Assembly (NCBI GenBank): GCA_020891255.1
Contig: BQFW01000012.1
Location: 2,170,001 to 2,234,000, forward strand
Direction of reading: 5' to 3'
Origin: Entomortierella parvispora E1425
Taxonomy: Eukaryota; Fungi; Mortierellomycota
DNA length: 64,000 nt
Shown here: piece by piece, positions 35,011-47,025 of the stretch
Numbering within the stretch: the stretch's first letter is position 1
Layout of the letters: each line of letters starts with the position of its first letter
The notes under the pieces: generated by a model
Databases searched by the model: none
What the model was told of the DNA's origin: nothing
Seen by the model: the letters and a program-made list of their open reading frames with translations, nothing else
Position numbers and translations under genes: made by a program

Positions 35011-35272
35011 ATAGAAGAAAAAAAAACTTGCGGACACTCTCCAAAGTCGGGTAAGGAGGAAAAGAAGGGTCTTTGTCACATAATCATCGTGCAATGACTC
35101 TTTTCAATGGCCTTCTGGATTTTTGATGACTCTAAAGAAGAAGAGCGTTGTAGGAATGGACCTTGGAGCAAAGAAAGCTCTGGATAGCCCGAGCACCATC
35201 GTCCGCTTTTTTTTTAAATGTTACATTATTATTAAAAGCGTTATTACTATACAACTCCAGAACAAAAGAGAT

Positions 35273-38104
35273 CTATGCCATGGAATGGGTCGAGATTCTG
35301 TCTGTGGAGGACATGGGGCTCGAGTTATTCTCGGGATCGGAGGAAGCGCCGCCGCCGCCTCTCATCCTTCCAGCCAAATTGGCCATTCTCAAGGCATTCT
35401 CAGCTCTGCCTGTCTTGTCTTCCATGGTGCGTTTGGTGACCAGACACCGTTTCCAGCTCTCTGCGACCGGGTCTTGGTACATTCGCACAGATCGGTACTC
35501 GCGCTGAACCCGATCCGTCACAATTCTGACCTTTTCTCGAATCGCCCTCGAGGACTCGTCCAAATCATCATACGAAATCTCGCGTTGAAGGAGCAACTTT
35601 TGTTGCGTACGCGATTGAGTCTCTGTGGGCGTCCAAGGATCTCCAGTCCAACTGGCAATGATATGACTGCCACTGCTGCCACTGCTGTTCATATGGCGCA
35701 GGTGATCTCCAGGACGGGGCTCTTGATGTATGTCTTCATCAGAGCCTTCCAGGCTCCGTCCATGAAAAGAGCCGTCCGCTGTTTGAGCACTCATATCCGA
35801 TCCTGCAGGCGAAACCGGGGTCACCGGAGTAACAGGAGTGACCGGGGTAACGGGTGTCATTGGTTCATCTGAGGGCAAACTGGAAGCCGCGATCGTCATT
35901 CTAAGACTGGCAGGGATCCTACGGCGAGATGACAAAGTCGAAACCCGATTGTTGGACATCATCGTGTTACCGGTGCTCGTTTGACTAATAGAACTATTGG
36001 ATTTATAATGATGGATGTCTCTGCCCGATGTTTTAGCAGGTAAAAACCGAGAGATAACATGGTCGCTCGTGGCGGCTCTTGGGGGTGAGAACATGGTGCG
36101 AGTAAACCCGCCTGGCATGCCATTCTGTCCGCTGCTGGTCCTGCCCATGGACGCTGAGGTGGAGGCGGTGGCTGGAGTGGAGGAGGATGGTCCTGACGCG
36201 TGACGTGAATGATGGCGACCAGAACGACCTGATCTCGTGTGCTGCTGCTGCTGTTGCTGTTCCAGCTGTTGAGCAGCAGCAGTTCGCAGACTGATATGCG
36301 ACTGCGATCGAGTGAAGGGTTTCAAGAATCGAGACACAAACTCGACAGCAGGAGAGACAGTGGCCGACATGAGTCCGTGGGTCGCTTCTTGTTCGCTCTG
36401 TTGACTGATGTGGCGAGGAGGCGAGCTGAGTGAAATCGAGGCTGAATGGGGACTGACAATCGAGACAACCGGCGACGAGTTGATCTTGGACAGCGTTGGA
36501 AGCGAGCCCATTGTCGGACTTGGTAGCAAGAGTTGCGCCAGTCTCCTTCGTGGTAAAAGTTGGATGGGTTCTACTCCTCCATGTGTCGCAGCTTCTTCCT
36601 GATGCGAGGATGTTAGGACTGGTGCAGAGTCCGGAGGCGGAGGAGTGATTACTATGGTTGTAGTGGCAGGGATAGTAGGGCCTGCTCTATGATCCACCTT
36701 AGTGCCAACCAGACCCGCACGATTAGCATTGGTATGGCTGTCCTCGCCCAACTGCTCCACTGATTTAGAAGACACGGTCGAGTTTTGGTCTCCGGAGCGA
36801 TGGTGCGAGGGGGGAGTGGGCTCGGACAGCGCGATGGAGACTGTGGAATCCACAGGCACCTGATGCTCCGCGGCGGCGAGTGACTGCAGGTGCTGCTGTT
36901 GTCGTTGTTGCTGTATCCTTTGTTGTTCCTGTTGATGCAGCTGCTGTTGCAGCTGAATCTGCTGTTGCTGGAGTTGCAATTGAAGACGTTGTTGCTGTTG
37001 CTGCTGGTCCAAGATCTCCCTCGGGCGATCCCGTTCCAAATATGCTTCATGAGCTGGTGGGTGATGTGCTTCTGCTGTTGCTGTTGCGTCTGACACGGTC
37101 CCTGATGGCGGCGGTTCATGCTGTTCTTGTAGTGCAGGTGGTTGCGCACGTTCATCTGTTTTGGCTCCGCTCATCTGCATGTCCTGCATGGGCTTGACAA
37201 GACCGAACGAATCGAACGAGGCCACTTGTACTTCCTCTTCTTCCTTGTCTGTTGTTGGTCGCAGGTGATCATCCTCTTGCGGGTGCGCCCTCTGTTCAGC
37301 CGCATGATTGTCCAGGCCATTGCCAACTGCAGCACCTTTTTCGCCAGTGTTGCTATCTCCATGGCTCTCTTCAGACGCGACGGCAACGTCTTGGTGGCTA
37401 CGATCATAGCTGTTGGGGATGCTATCTGAGGATGGACAATGCGGTATCTCTTGGTTCTCCATCGGGGTCATCTTGCGGGGGCTTGAGCTGCCTGAACTCA
37501 CATGCGAATGCGAATGCGAATGCGCGTGAGAGTGGGATGGAGGCGGATAGGGATCATGTCCGTGCCGTGTTGGCAAGTAGGGATGGCTACCATCGTGAAC
37601 TAAGAATCTCTTTCTTTCCTGTGGATCCTGCGGGAGGTTTTCGCTTGAATGGTTACTGCTACCATGACCACTCACAACAGCTGCTTCGGTCTCTAGTGCT
37701 TCTGAAGGCCCATAATGAACGACCTCTGCGGTGCTGAGCTGCTGTTGCTGATGGAGATGCTGATGATGATGATGAGGGGATTGAGGATCGCCAAGTCCTT
37801 CGTCTTCCTGTCCTTCGATGATCTCGGATTCCTCGTCCTCATGATCGCCACCAAAGACAAACTTTGCTCTTCTCCGCCGCTGTTGGGGCTGCGGGTGATG
37901 ATGGGTGTGATGATGATGCAGGGTTTTATGTTTGGGGTCCTGTCGAGCATGGGTGGAGGATACTCTGACAGCGGTCCTGGCCTTGACAGAGTGTCCTCCA
38001 GGATGACTGAGTCTTCTGCCGGTGGAAGTTGTTGTGGATGTGGTTGCAGCTGCAGCTGTGACTCTGGGATCAGCCAGAGGCGGCTGCTGCTGTCGAAGCG
38101 GCAT
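35273..38104 (-). CDS. TCO89-like TORC1-associated protein, single exon, ~943 aa, mostly low complexity
   Basis: The C-terminal block SRTQQKLLLQRE..DRVQREYRSVRMYQDPVAESWKRC resembles the conserved Tco89-family motif as I recall it. There is an N-terminal RAKFVFGGD..E motif. The ATG at 38104 follows a pyrimidine-rich leader. Confidence 0.65.
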   Translation of the reverse strand: MPLRQQQPPLADPRVTAAAATTSTTTSTGRRLSHPGGHSVKARTAVRVSSTHARQDPKHKTLHHHHTHHHPQPQQRRRRAKFVFGGDHEDEESEIIEGQEDEGLGDPQSPHHHHQHLHQQQQLSTAEVVHYGPSEALETEAAVVSGHGSSNHSSENLPQDPQERKRFLVHDGSHPYLPTRHGHDPYPPPSHSHAHSHSHSHVSSGSSSPRKMTPMENQEIPHCPSSDSIPNSYDRSHQDVAVASEESHGDSNTGEKGAAVGNGLDNHAAEQRAHPQEDDHLRPTTDKEEEEVQVASFDSFGLVKPMQDMQMSGAKTDERAQPPALQEQHEPPPSGTVSDATATAEAHHPPAHEAYLERDRPREILDQQQQQQRLQLQLQQQQIQLQQQLHQQEQQRIQQQRQQQHLQSLAAAEHQVPVDSTVSIALSEPTPPSHHRSGDQNSTVSSKSVEQLGEDSHTNANRAGLVGTKVDHRAGPTIPATTTIVITPPPPDSAPVLTSSHQEEAATHGGVEPIQLLPRRRLAQLLLPSPTMGSLPTLSKINSSPVVSIVSPHSASISLSSPPRHISQQSEQEATHGLMSATVSPAVEFVSRFLKPFTRSQSHISLRTAAAQQLEQQQQQQHTRSGRSGRHHSRHASGPSSSTPATASTSASMGRTSSGQNGMPGGFTRTMFSPPRAATSDHVISRFLPAKTSGRDIHHYKSNSSISQTSTGNTMMSNNRVSTLSSRRRIPASLRMTIAASSLPSDEPMTPVTPVTPVTPVTPVSPAGSDMSAQTADGSFHGRSLEGSDEDIHQEPRPGDHLRHMNSSGSSGSHIIASWTGDPWTPTETQSRTQQKLLLQREISYDDLDESSRAIREKVRIVTDRVQREYRSVRMYQDPVAESWKRCLVTKRTMEDKTGRAENALRMANLAGRMRGGGGASSDPENNSSPMSSTDRISTHSMA

Positions 38105-38440
38105 GTGTACGAGAACGACAGGAGGGAGAAAGGATGGTGGTGATGAGGAGTGGAGTGAGTGAGTGGACGAAGAGGCAAGAGAGAAGAGTGAAATGAACAG
38201 AGACGGGATGTGTCCGAGACGCCCGAGGAAGACAACGGGCGTGACCCACTGTCTCATTTCATTTTTTTTTTCTTTTTCTTTTTTTTGCTTTCATTTCCCT
38301 TTCATTTCCTTTTCATTTCATACTTGCTTCGCCCACGTTTTCTTCCCAGGGTTCACGTTTGTCGTAGACCCCTTCGTCTTTCCCTCGTCCTAGGAAATAC
38401 GACAGGATGCTAGATGATAGACTGACTACTAGAACATCCC

Positions 38441-38472
38441 CATTGGAGCATTGGAGTATTGGAGCATTGGAC
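38441..38472 (+). repeat. 8-bp tandem array (C/T)ATTGGA(G/C) x4 in the TCO89-like/GNAT divergent intergenic region
   Basis: Reads cattggag-cattggag-tattggag-cattggac. Confidence 0.85.
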
Positions 38473-38686
38473 TGACAGCCGCAGAGAAGTGCTGCGGTGG
38501 CACGAGCGTTGGGCTGCTGCTAAGCCGCCAGCGGAGCCGGTTCAGCTCTTTTCCATTAACCCTGCATTTCATTCGCCTCTGATCTGCTGCTGCTTCCTTC
38601 CTCGCCATTGCTGCATTCCACCTCCTCCACATTGTCACATGAACGTCGCCACGATCACACCATCTGCAAGCGAGCACAATCTCGAG

Positions 38687-39437
38687 ATGGACAAGACTGA
38701 TCTCAATGCAGTGGATTCCATGTACGCTTTCTAGCCTCTGGAAGACTGACTGAGATCTACCTTCCTACCAAAGGGCAAAAAAACTCACTTTTCAACTTCT
38801 TTCCAAATGACCTTCTCTAGTAAAGAGCCAGTCTCTCCACATCCTGACCTGGACTATATAACTCCCAACGTTGAAGAACACAAGAAGTTGCTCGTCACCA
38901 TGCGCAAGGCCTGTGGCTGGGATGCAGGAAGTGTAAAGTAGAAGCGCCACCATTTTTTTTTTTTTTTTTGTTGGCAAAAGGACTGTTTTTCATCGGGGCA
39001 AGCGCTTACTAACCACGTTGACCTCGATGGATCTTACAAAATAGGTACCAAAGTGGTTCGTACAACAGGACGAGGGTCAGCGGTTTATGAGCATTTTCTT
39101 CCTTCCAGGTACCACGACGCCCGTCGGCATGGGAGGTTTTGAATGCCAGGATTTCGATCACCAGGACAAAGATGTGGCAGATCCCGAGACCCATCGGGGA
39201 TGCGTCGTTTCTTTGTTTATCTACAAACAGTACCGTGGCCGTGGCTACCTAGGCAAGATCCTGGAGATTGTAGAAGAGATGGCGCGCCAGAAGGGACTAA
39301 AGACTATGACGCTCTATGGACTGGACAAGGCCTTGGGATACGAAAAGTTTGGATACAAGGTGTTCAAGGTGGAGGATAGGAGCTATGGACGAGATCACGG
39401 TTTCTATAAGACGACATTTTTGGAAAAACCCCTCTGA
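38687..39437 (+). CDS. GNAT-family N-acetyltransferase (start at 38687 via an intron, or at 38807)
   Basis: ..LLVTMRKACGWDAGS|VPKWFVQQDEGQRFMSIFF..VGMGG..GCVVSLFIYKQYRGRGYLGKILEIVEEMARQKGLKTMTLYG..YEKFGY. The Q/RxxGxG acetyl-CoA motif and the YxxxGY motif are present. Confidence 0.85.
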
Positions 39438-40415
39438 GCAAACAAGCCAGACAAAAAAAATGAGAGCAGGGCGAGGGGGAAATGTAGCACCGGCAGAGTA
39501 CAGTGCAGCATGTGCCTTTGTCGACTTCAATTCTTCGCCCTGCTTTTCAACAGAAGTTAGGGGGAGTTCTAATATACCAATCGCGATTACATGTCTATCG
39601 GTGTCTACTTGAGTTCACATTGATTGAAGGATGCCGAGACGCCAAATTTTTGCCGCCTTGTGACCATTGCTTCTTGGCTGTTTCCCTTGCCCATTCGCGT
39701 GCTGTCATCAAGAGCTCAGCCCTTTTGCTCCTAGATGCTCTTATTGTATCAAAGGCCAGTCACCTTTTCTCCTTTTTCGAAGCGGAATAAAGCTCGATCA
39801 ACGCACGGCCACAGATTAGGTTCCTTGGCATCGGAATACTCAACTTGCAATGAAGGACGCTTTTATTCCCTTCTTTGAACTTCCCGTGGACCATTTTCGA
39901 ATGTTCTCGAGCTTACCAAAAGTCTACAGCACGACTGTGCCAAGCCGAGCTTTCGAGCACCCATTTGACAAAGGTGGACAACTTGTCGAGTTTGGCAGTC
40001 TGGACTACATTTAGTTACAGAGGATCCTACGGGCACAAAAAAAAAACAAAGGGTAGTGAGGTTGTTGTTCGTGGCGGTGCTGTCGCTGCTGTTGCCGACG
40101 AAGCAGATTGGTCCAAAAGGAGAGACTGGAGCGTCGTTTGCCACCTTTTCGTTCTGTGGGCTGCACGAGTTACTTTGCGGGCGAGGTCCCGAGTTCCGCC
40201 TTTCTGTGCAACGTCAAAAATATGGCGTATCACAACGCCTCATTTTTCCCAAGAACACATAAAACGAACTCTGGAAAGACCTTCCGCCCTCTTCGCTTTG
40301 CTCATATTTCCACTCCCGCTCCCCCCCCTCTTTTTTTTTTTTTTTTTTTTTTTGCTCTCTCGCTATTGTTCTGTGTTCTTGCCTTATACCCATCCAAGGA
40401 ACAGGACTGCACAAG

Positions 40416-41483
40416 ATGCAGCACCCAACAGTCGAGTAAGTGGAAGAACCCTTTTTGATCATGGCTTCAATGAGCAAAATGGAGCATCTTGCAGACCAAG
40501 AAGTAACCCCTTTGTTTACTCTGCCATTGTAGAACTGTAGAGCGAGCTTTGCCATTGGCATACACGCTCGCCTCGGCCCTCGTGCTGTTTGCCCTCTCGA
40601 GGAAACGTATCCGTTTGACCGACAAGTCTCTTCCTTCTGAAATCAATGACGAAGACCTGCCCGAGGAATCTGACCCCCAGTCAAATATCGGAGATGCGAC
40701 TCATCACGACCGATTTGGTCACCAAAGCCTCTCCAGTGTAGGGATCGATCTCGCTCGGTTGGGCTTGACCAGTCTCGAGCTTGGACTCTCCCTTCTCTTG
40801 GTTGTCCTGCCTTCGCATTCCGGACCAGATGAGTGGGCGACCGCTTGGGAGGCGGCTCGAGTAATTTCGTGGTCGTACTTTTTGATCCTCTCGTTTGTTC
40901 GGCTTGTGCGCCCGGCGGTGGCATTCCAATTTTGGGTTCGCCCCCAGATGGACCTTTTCTATGTTCTTCAGTGGGTTCTGTCCTCGATTCGCCTTCACAA
41001 GGTCAGAGACACTGTACTCGATGAACCTCGGTCCAAATGGTCGTTGGATCTCAAGCTGGAGCTCGCCAATTGGTTCGTTCTCTCGCTCCTGCTCTGGGTC
41101 ACATTGGTGACCCGCCCTTATCAGAAGCCTCTGACGCGTGCGGAACGCGATGCCGTGAGGACCCCATCGAAAGAATATGCATCCTCGCTCTATTCCCAAT
41201 TGGTTTTTGCTTGGGTCAACCCTCTGGTTTATTTTGGATACCACCAGCCAGTGAACGACATCGACCTGCCCGAGTTGGAGGAGGACGACCAGGCGGCGGT
41301 CACCGCCAGAGAGTTTTCTACAATCAAGTAAGAAGTGGGTCAGGCTCATACAGTTTGCTCAATGCAGAAAAACAAAAGTTTATTTCGATGAGTGCAAATT
41401 GTCCTTGCGACAACTTTGATCCAAGGACACCACTGGTGCCACTGGTACCCAATGATAACGCTGATAACCAACTGCTGTTTTCT

Positions 41484-41518
<35 letters not shown>

Positions 41519-44500
41519 GGTGTTGTCGTCCATAGATGCAAGACCTTCACCCGATCACTTTTCTGGGCTCTGAAGGGCGAGTTCTTTATTCAGTTCCTGT
41601 GGGCTATACCATGGTGTATTCTGGTCAACGCGTCACCGTACTGCATGAACAAGATCCTAGAGTACATGCAATGCAGGGAATGTGGTCCACCCACCATGGA
41701 CAATTACAAGTGGGTCTTTGGTCTCTTGTTCGCGTCCTTTTTCCAGTCTATCTGTTTTCAAGCATCCCTGCACCGCGGTCGCCGTATCTATGTCCATCTG
41801 GTTTCTATCGTCAGCACCCAAGTGTACCAGAAGGCGCTGACCCGAAAAGATCTGTCCGGTCCTACCGACAAGGACAAGAGCGAGGAAAAGCCAGATGATG
41901 ATGACGAGAAAAAGAAGCTGAACATTGCCAGTAAGTCTTGTCAGCTCAATATGTCTTGCTGTTCTCTCGTCGATCATTTCTGACCTTTTTTTTTTTTATC
42001 CTTTGCCACTTTTCCATCTTAGATCTTATCGCTGTCGATCTCAACCAAATGGTCCATACTTTCAGTTACCTGCACACGTTTTACGGATTCCCCGTTCAGT
42101 TCATCTTTGCTGGTATCCAGCTCTATTGGCTTCTTGGCAAGGCGGCTTTGGTCGGCATCGCGTTCATGATGATCTCCTTCATCTTCCCCATCATTCTCTT
42201 CCTAGCTCTGATGAGGCTCATCAAGGATATCATGAGTACCAAGGATGAGCGTATCCACCAACTGAACGAGATGTTGTCTGCGATTCGAATCGTCAAGTTC
42301 TTTGGATGGGAAGCCAAGTTTGTGGAAAAGATCCAAAAGACCCGCACCAAGGAACTGGACAAGGTCCGTCAAACGTTCATCCAAGGTGCCATTGCCACTT
42401 CGATCTGGATGAGTGTGCCCCTGCTGAACATCCTGGTCATCTTTTTAGCCTATGTGAAGCTGTATGGCAACGAGCTTTCGGCCTCCACCATGTTCACGAC
42501 CATAGCGCTCTTTAGCATCATGATGAACACGTTGGGCAGCGTCCCTCTCAGTATTCAGGCCTCCATGCATACTGCGGTGAGTTTGGGACGTATCAGTAAC
42601 TTTATGGTCGAAGAAGATATTGTCCGCGATACTGTCATCACCAAGGTGGACTCTAAGGCTTCAAGACGCCGTCAAGATCACACCGATGGCCATGGCGCCT
42701 CCTCGACTTTGGCTTCTGAATTGCCCATCGTTGGATTTGCAAACGCCACGTTTAACTGGCCCAACAAGGACGAAGTTGATGCCACGAAGGGGACCGACAC
42801 CAAGAAAGCCGCAAAGAAAGACGGATCTGCCTCGACCGAGGCGGCTTCTTCTTCCACCGCTGAACCTGTGGTCCAAGAACGATTCCAGCTCAAGAACATC
42901 ACCCTGGATTTCCCTGTCGAGAAGCTCTCTGTGATTGTGGGACCCACTGGGTCTGGTAAATCGGCCTTGTTGCTCGCTCTTCTGGGAGAACTCGAACGTG
43001 TCAAGGGAGCCGTGTACTTGCCTCGATTGGATAATCAGCCCCGCACTGAAGGAAAAGGATCTGGCATCGCCTATGCAGCTCAAACCGCTTGGCTTCAGAA
43101 CGTGACTATTCGAAACAACATCCTCTTTGGAAAGGAATATGAAGAAGAGCGATATGAAGCCGTTATGGAAGGATGTGCCTTGAGGCCCGATATGGACATT
43201 CTTGAATTTGGTGATGCAACCGAGATTGGCGAACAAGGGATTACCTTGTCTGGTGGACAGAAGCAACGTATCGCATTGGCCCGAGCCATCTATTCGGATG
43301 CCAAGGTTCTTTTGTTGGATGACTGTCTCTCCGCTGTGGATACCCATACCGGCAAGAAGTTGTTCGAGACATTGACAGGCCCTCTCCTGGCAGGTCGCAC
43401 GCTTATTTTGGTGACCCACCAGGTTCAATTGACAATGAACGCAGCCAGTTTGGTTGTCGTCTTGAACAATGGTGAGGTCCTCGGCCATGGCACCCCCGAC
43501 GAGGTCATTGAACATGGATGGGTCGATCAGGTTTCTCTGCCTGGCTCTTCGGATCAAGACAGTGAAGTCAGTACTTTGGACGGCGAAGCTGGAGTCAAGA
43601 AGGCCAAGAAGGCGTCTGCTGGGGACGCAGCCAAGGTGGCCCCTAAGCTGGTGGAAGATGAAAAGAAGGTCGTTGGCTCGGTCTCTTGGAGTGTTTACCA
43701 GGTCTACATTAAGGCTTCTGGAGGCACCGCCTTCTGGCTGGGCATGATCCTGGTGGCCCTCCTTCTTCATACTATTGAAATCGGAAAGGATGCCTGGCTG
43801 GCCGTTTGGGCCAACAAGCTGGCAGAGTCTACTGGTGAACTTACCATGGCGGCCTTTACCAAAGTGACTCCCGATTTCCTTGCTCAATCGATCCACACTG
43901 CTTTCGAACCCATCAAAGAGCACGCACAGTACAACTTCGGCGTCAATACCTTCATTTCGAGCTCTGCGGCAGAGCCAGTCAGCTTTGCAAAATACCTTGG
44001 TATCTTTGTGCTTATCAACATTGTGACCATGATCGCCATGGTCATCTTTGAATTCTACGCTCTTCGAGGCACTATCCGCGCCGGACAAGAATTGCACGAC
44101 CGCCTGCTGCACAAGATTTCTCGGGCCAAGCTTCGCTTCTTTGACAAGACCCCCATTGGGCGGGTCGTGAACCGTTTCAGTGCCGATCTAGAAGAAGTGG
44201 ACGAGCAGGTCATGCAAGGTCTGCGGCAGTTCATCAACGGCATTATCAAACTGGTTGGAATCATCTTTGTGATCTCTGTCAACTCGCCCGCCTTCCTGAT
44301 TGCCGCTGTCTTTATTGTGGGTATCTATGGATTGATCGGTGCCCTGTACGTCCCCATTTCCAGAGATCTGAAACGCTTGAACTCCAACTCGCGCTCTCCG
44401 ATTTTGAACCATTTCAACGAGACCCTGACTGGACTGACCACCATCCGCGCCTACGGATTTGAAAGACGGTTCAAGACCAAGAACATCAAGAATTTGGATG

Positions 44501-45852
44501 ACAACAACAGGACTTTCTTCTTGTTGTGGTCCGCCAACCGCTGGTTGACTTGGCGCGTGGACTTTGTCGGTGCCTTGGTTGCCTTTATTACTGGAATTTT
44601 GGTCCTCGGTAGCTGGGGTTTGCTGGCACCGGGTTGGGCTGCTCTCAGTTTGATGTATTCACTCTCGTTCACTGTAAGTCCTTTTTTTTTCTTCTTTTTT
44701 TTCCTTCTTTTTTTCTCATCGACTGGAATTGACTGACTTGGCAAGAACCACAGCTCCTAACACAACCGCTTCATTTTGTTTCTGCTCCTCCCCCAGCAAA
44801 CGATTGTTTGGTTGATCCGTACCCACGCTGAAAATGAAATGGCCATGAACTCGGTCGAGCGTGTCTCCGAATACATGGATCTTGAAGAAGAACCGGAAGC
44901 CATCATCCATGGGTCGCGTCCCCCACCTTCGTGGCCCCACTCTGGCGACATCCAGATCAAGAATCTGTCCATGCGCTATTCCGCCGATACACCCGAGGTC
45001 CTCAAAAATGTTTCTTTGCACATCCAAGCGGGTGAGAAGGTCGGTGTCGTCGGCCGAACTGGCTCTGGCAAATCCACCTTGGCCATCTCGTTGTTCCGAT
45101 TCATGGAGCCCACCCAGGGTTCGATTACCATCGATGGTATTGATATCAGTACGATTGGTTTGTTGGATTTGCGCTCCAACTTGACCATCATCCCTCAAGA
45201 CGCCGTTCTGTTCAAGGGCACGCTCCGATTCAACTTGGATCCCTTTGGGGAGCGAAAGGATGAGGACTTGTGGCAGGCTCTCCGCCAGAGTCATTTGATT
45301 CCTGAATCAGCCCATCTTGAAAACGCCTCCTCCGCTGACAGCACCCCTGCCGTCGTTCCAGTCGAGCAAGAATCTCCTTCTGCCGATGCCACGACCAAGG
45401 ACAAGAAGGACAGCGACGCCGCCTCTGAGAACGAGATTGTGGACCCAACCAAGATCACACTCGATACCCCTGTCAAGGAGAACGGTGCCAACTTTTCACA
45501 GGGTCAGCGTCAATTGATTGCCCTCGCTCGCGCCTTGGTGCGTCGTTCCCGGATCATCATCATGGATGAGGCCACGGCCAGTGTGGACTTTGAGACGGAT
45601 CTCAAGATCCAAAAGACGATCCGTGAAGAGATGGCCGACGCGACCATTGTGACCATTGCTCATCGTATCCGAACCATTGCCGACTTTGACCGCGTGGTCG
45701 TCATGCACCAGGGCGAGATTGTGGAGTATGACCGTCCTTGGGTGCTGATGAACCAGGAAAACAGTCAGTTCCGACAGCTCTGCGAGCAGTCGACTGAGTT
45801 GGATGCGTTGATGGCCATTGCTGAGGCAAAGGAGCAGACTCGCAGGAGATAA
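40416..45852 (+). CDS. ABCC/MRP-family ABC transporter (Ybt1/Vmr1-like): TMD0-TMD1-NBD1-TMD2-NBD2, 5 exons predicted
   Basis: Lasso/L0 EYASSLYSQLVFAWVNPL; NBD1 GPTGSGKS, QTAWLQNVTIRNNILFG, LSGGQKQR, LLLDDCLSAVD; NBD2 GRTGSGKS, IIPQDAVLFKGTLRFNLDP, FSQGQRQL, IMDEATASVD, TIAHR. A 20-nt first exon (40416-40435) is predicted from phase. Confidence 0.95.
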
Positions 45853-46312
45853 ATGAGAAAGCCATGTTTTAACAGGGCATTGAAAGCAATATCATGAATA
45901 AACATACAATTTTTGATCATCCAAAATTCTTCAATTTTCTGGTAAAATGTTCCACAAGACAAGAGAACCCGTCATGGGATCCTGCAAAATCGGAAATTTG
46001 TGTGGTATTGACCGCTTGCGAAAGTGGATTTAGTGGTGAGTACGGGCTCGGATTGATTCACGAGGGACGAGAGGGCCATGGACGAGGTGAAGTGTGCTGA
46101 CAGGAATCCAGAGATTCTGTGGTCAAGGGTACAATGAAAGAGTCGAGTGATTCTGTTGTCACTGTTGAGCACGGGGCATGGGATTCAGTGGAAGACAAGG
46201 GGGGGGGGGGTTGTACAGTACATGTACAGTAAGTACATCATGCCCATTTTGGCGCCGAGAGATCAAGTAATACTACACCCATGGTATATATATTGTATTT
46301 ATTGATTAGTTT

Positions 46313-46927
46313 TTAGCATGGCAAGTCAAAGAGTGTCTTGTTCTGAGTCGAGACCTCGATGTTGTAGAAACGCGTCGTGGTAATGGTGCGATACTGAGGG
46401 AACCAAAAGTCGTAACGGACAAAACGCTTCTGGGCATCGATAAACACACTCACAGGGATCCCAGAATAAAAGAAGCTCCAAGTCTCGACCTTGCCGTACA
46501 TGTCATCCAACGTCCAGCCGGCAAAGACCGCGCCGGCATCCTGCAAAAGGGTCTTGTAGAACATGGGGTACGCTGGTACGGGCAGTCTTGAGTACTCGCA
46601 CTGGGGACCCTTGGTCAAATCCTGAAGGACATAATTCTTGTTCAGGTATCCGTCCTTGGTGACGTTTTTATAGTCAAAGAGCGAGGCCTGGATGATGCCG
46701 CCGTGCGTATTGTCGATACGGGATTTCATGTTGGAGGCCGACATGTAAATGATACCGGCGGTGACATGGGACATGCTGATGTTGTTCCACTTGTGTTGCA
46801 TAAAGTTGGCCGAGAAGTCGTCGGCGATCAGGGGAGGAGAAGGTTCTTGGAAGTTGGACGAGTACACCTCCATGCTGGCCAAGACCGGGGCCAGGAAGAA
46901 ACTGAGGAGTGCAAGGGCTTTAATCAT
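46313..46927 (-). CDS. Intronless secreted 204-aa protein, possibly ependymin-related/LolA-like fold
   Basis: Clean single ORF with signal peptide MIKALALLSFFLAPVLA, N-glycosylation sequons (NIS, NVT, NKT), beta-strand-rich pattern, PPLIADDFSANF near the N-terminus and LFDLPC at the C-terminus. The fold call is an inference from pattern only. Confidence 0.75.
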   Translation of the reverse strand: MIKALALLSFFLAPVLASMEVYSSNFQEPSPPLIADDFSANFMQHKWNNISMSHVTAGIIYMSASNMKSRIDNTHGGIIQASLFDYKNVTKDGYLNKNYVLQDLTKGPQCEYSRLPVPAYPMFYKTLLQDAGAVFAGWTLDDMYGKVETWSFFYSGIPVSVFIDAQKRFVRYDFWFPQYRTITTTRFYNIEVSTQNKTLFDLPC

Positions 46928-47018
46928 TGTTTTGCTTGTTTCGTTTGATTGTTTGTTTGTTGATTGTCGATGAGAATTGTGGGATGGAGAAAAAAAAACG
47001 TGGGCGCATGGACCTCCG

Positions 47019-47025
47019 TTTTATA
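47019..47025 (-). promoter_or_regulatory. TATA box of the secreted-protein gene
   Basis: TATAAAA on the minus strand about 92 nt upstream of ATG 46927. Confidence 0.55.

Noticed and set aside
41536-45708. Long antisense and alternative-frame ORFs over the ABC transporter, AKR, IDO and SH3 genes (e.g. 42661-44112, 30232-30822, 5955-6848, 34105-35094)
   Set aside because: These are expected shadows of codon-biased coding sequence on the opposite strand, with no independent motifs.
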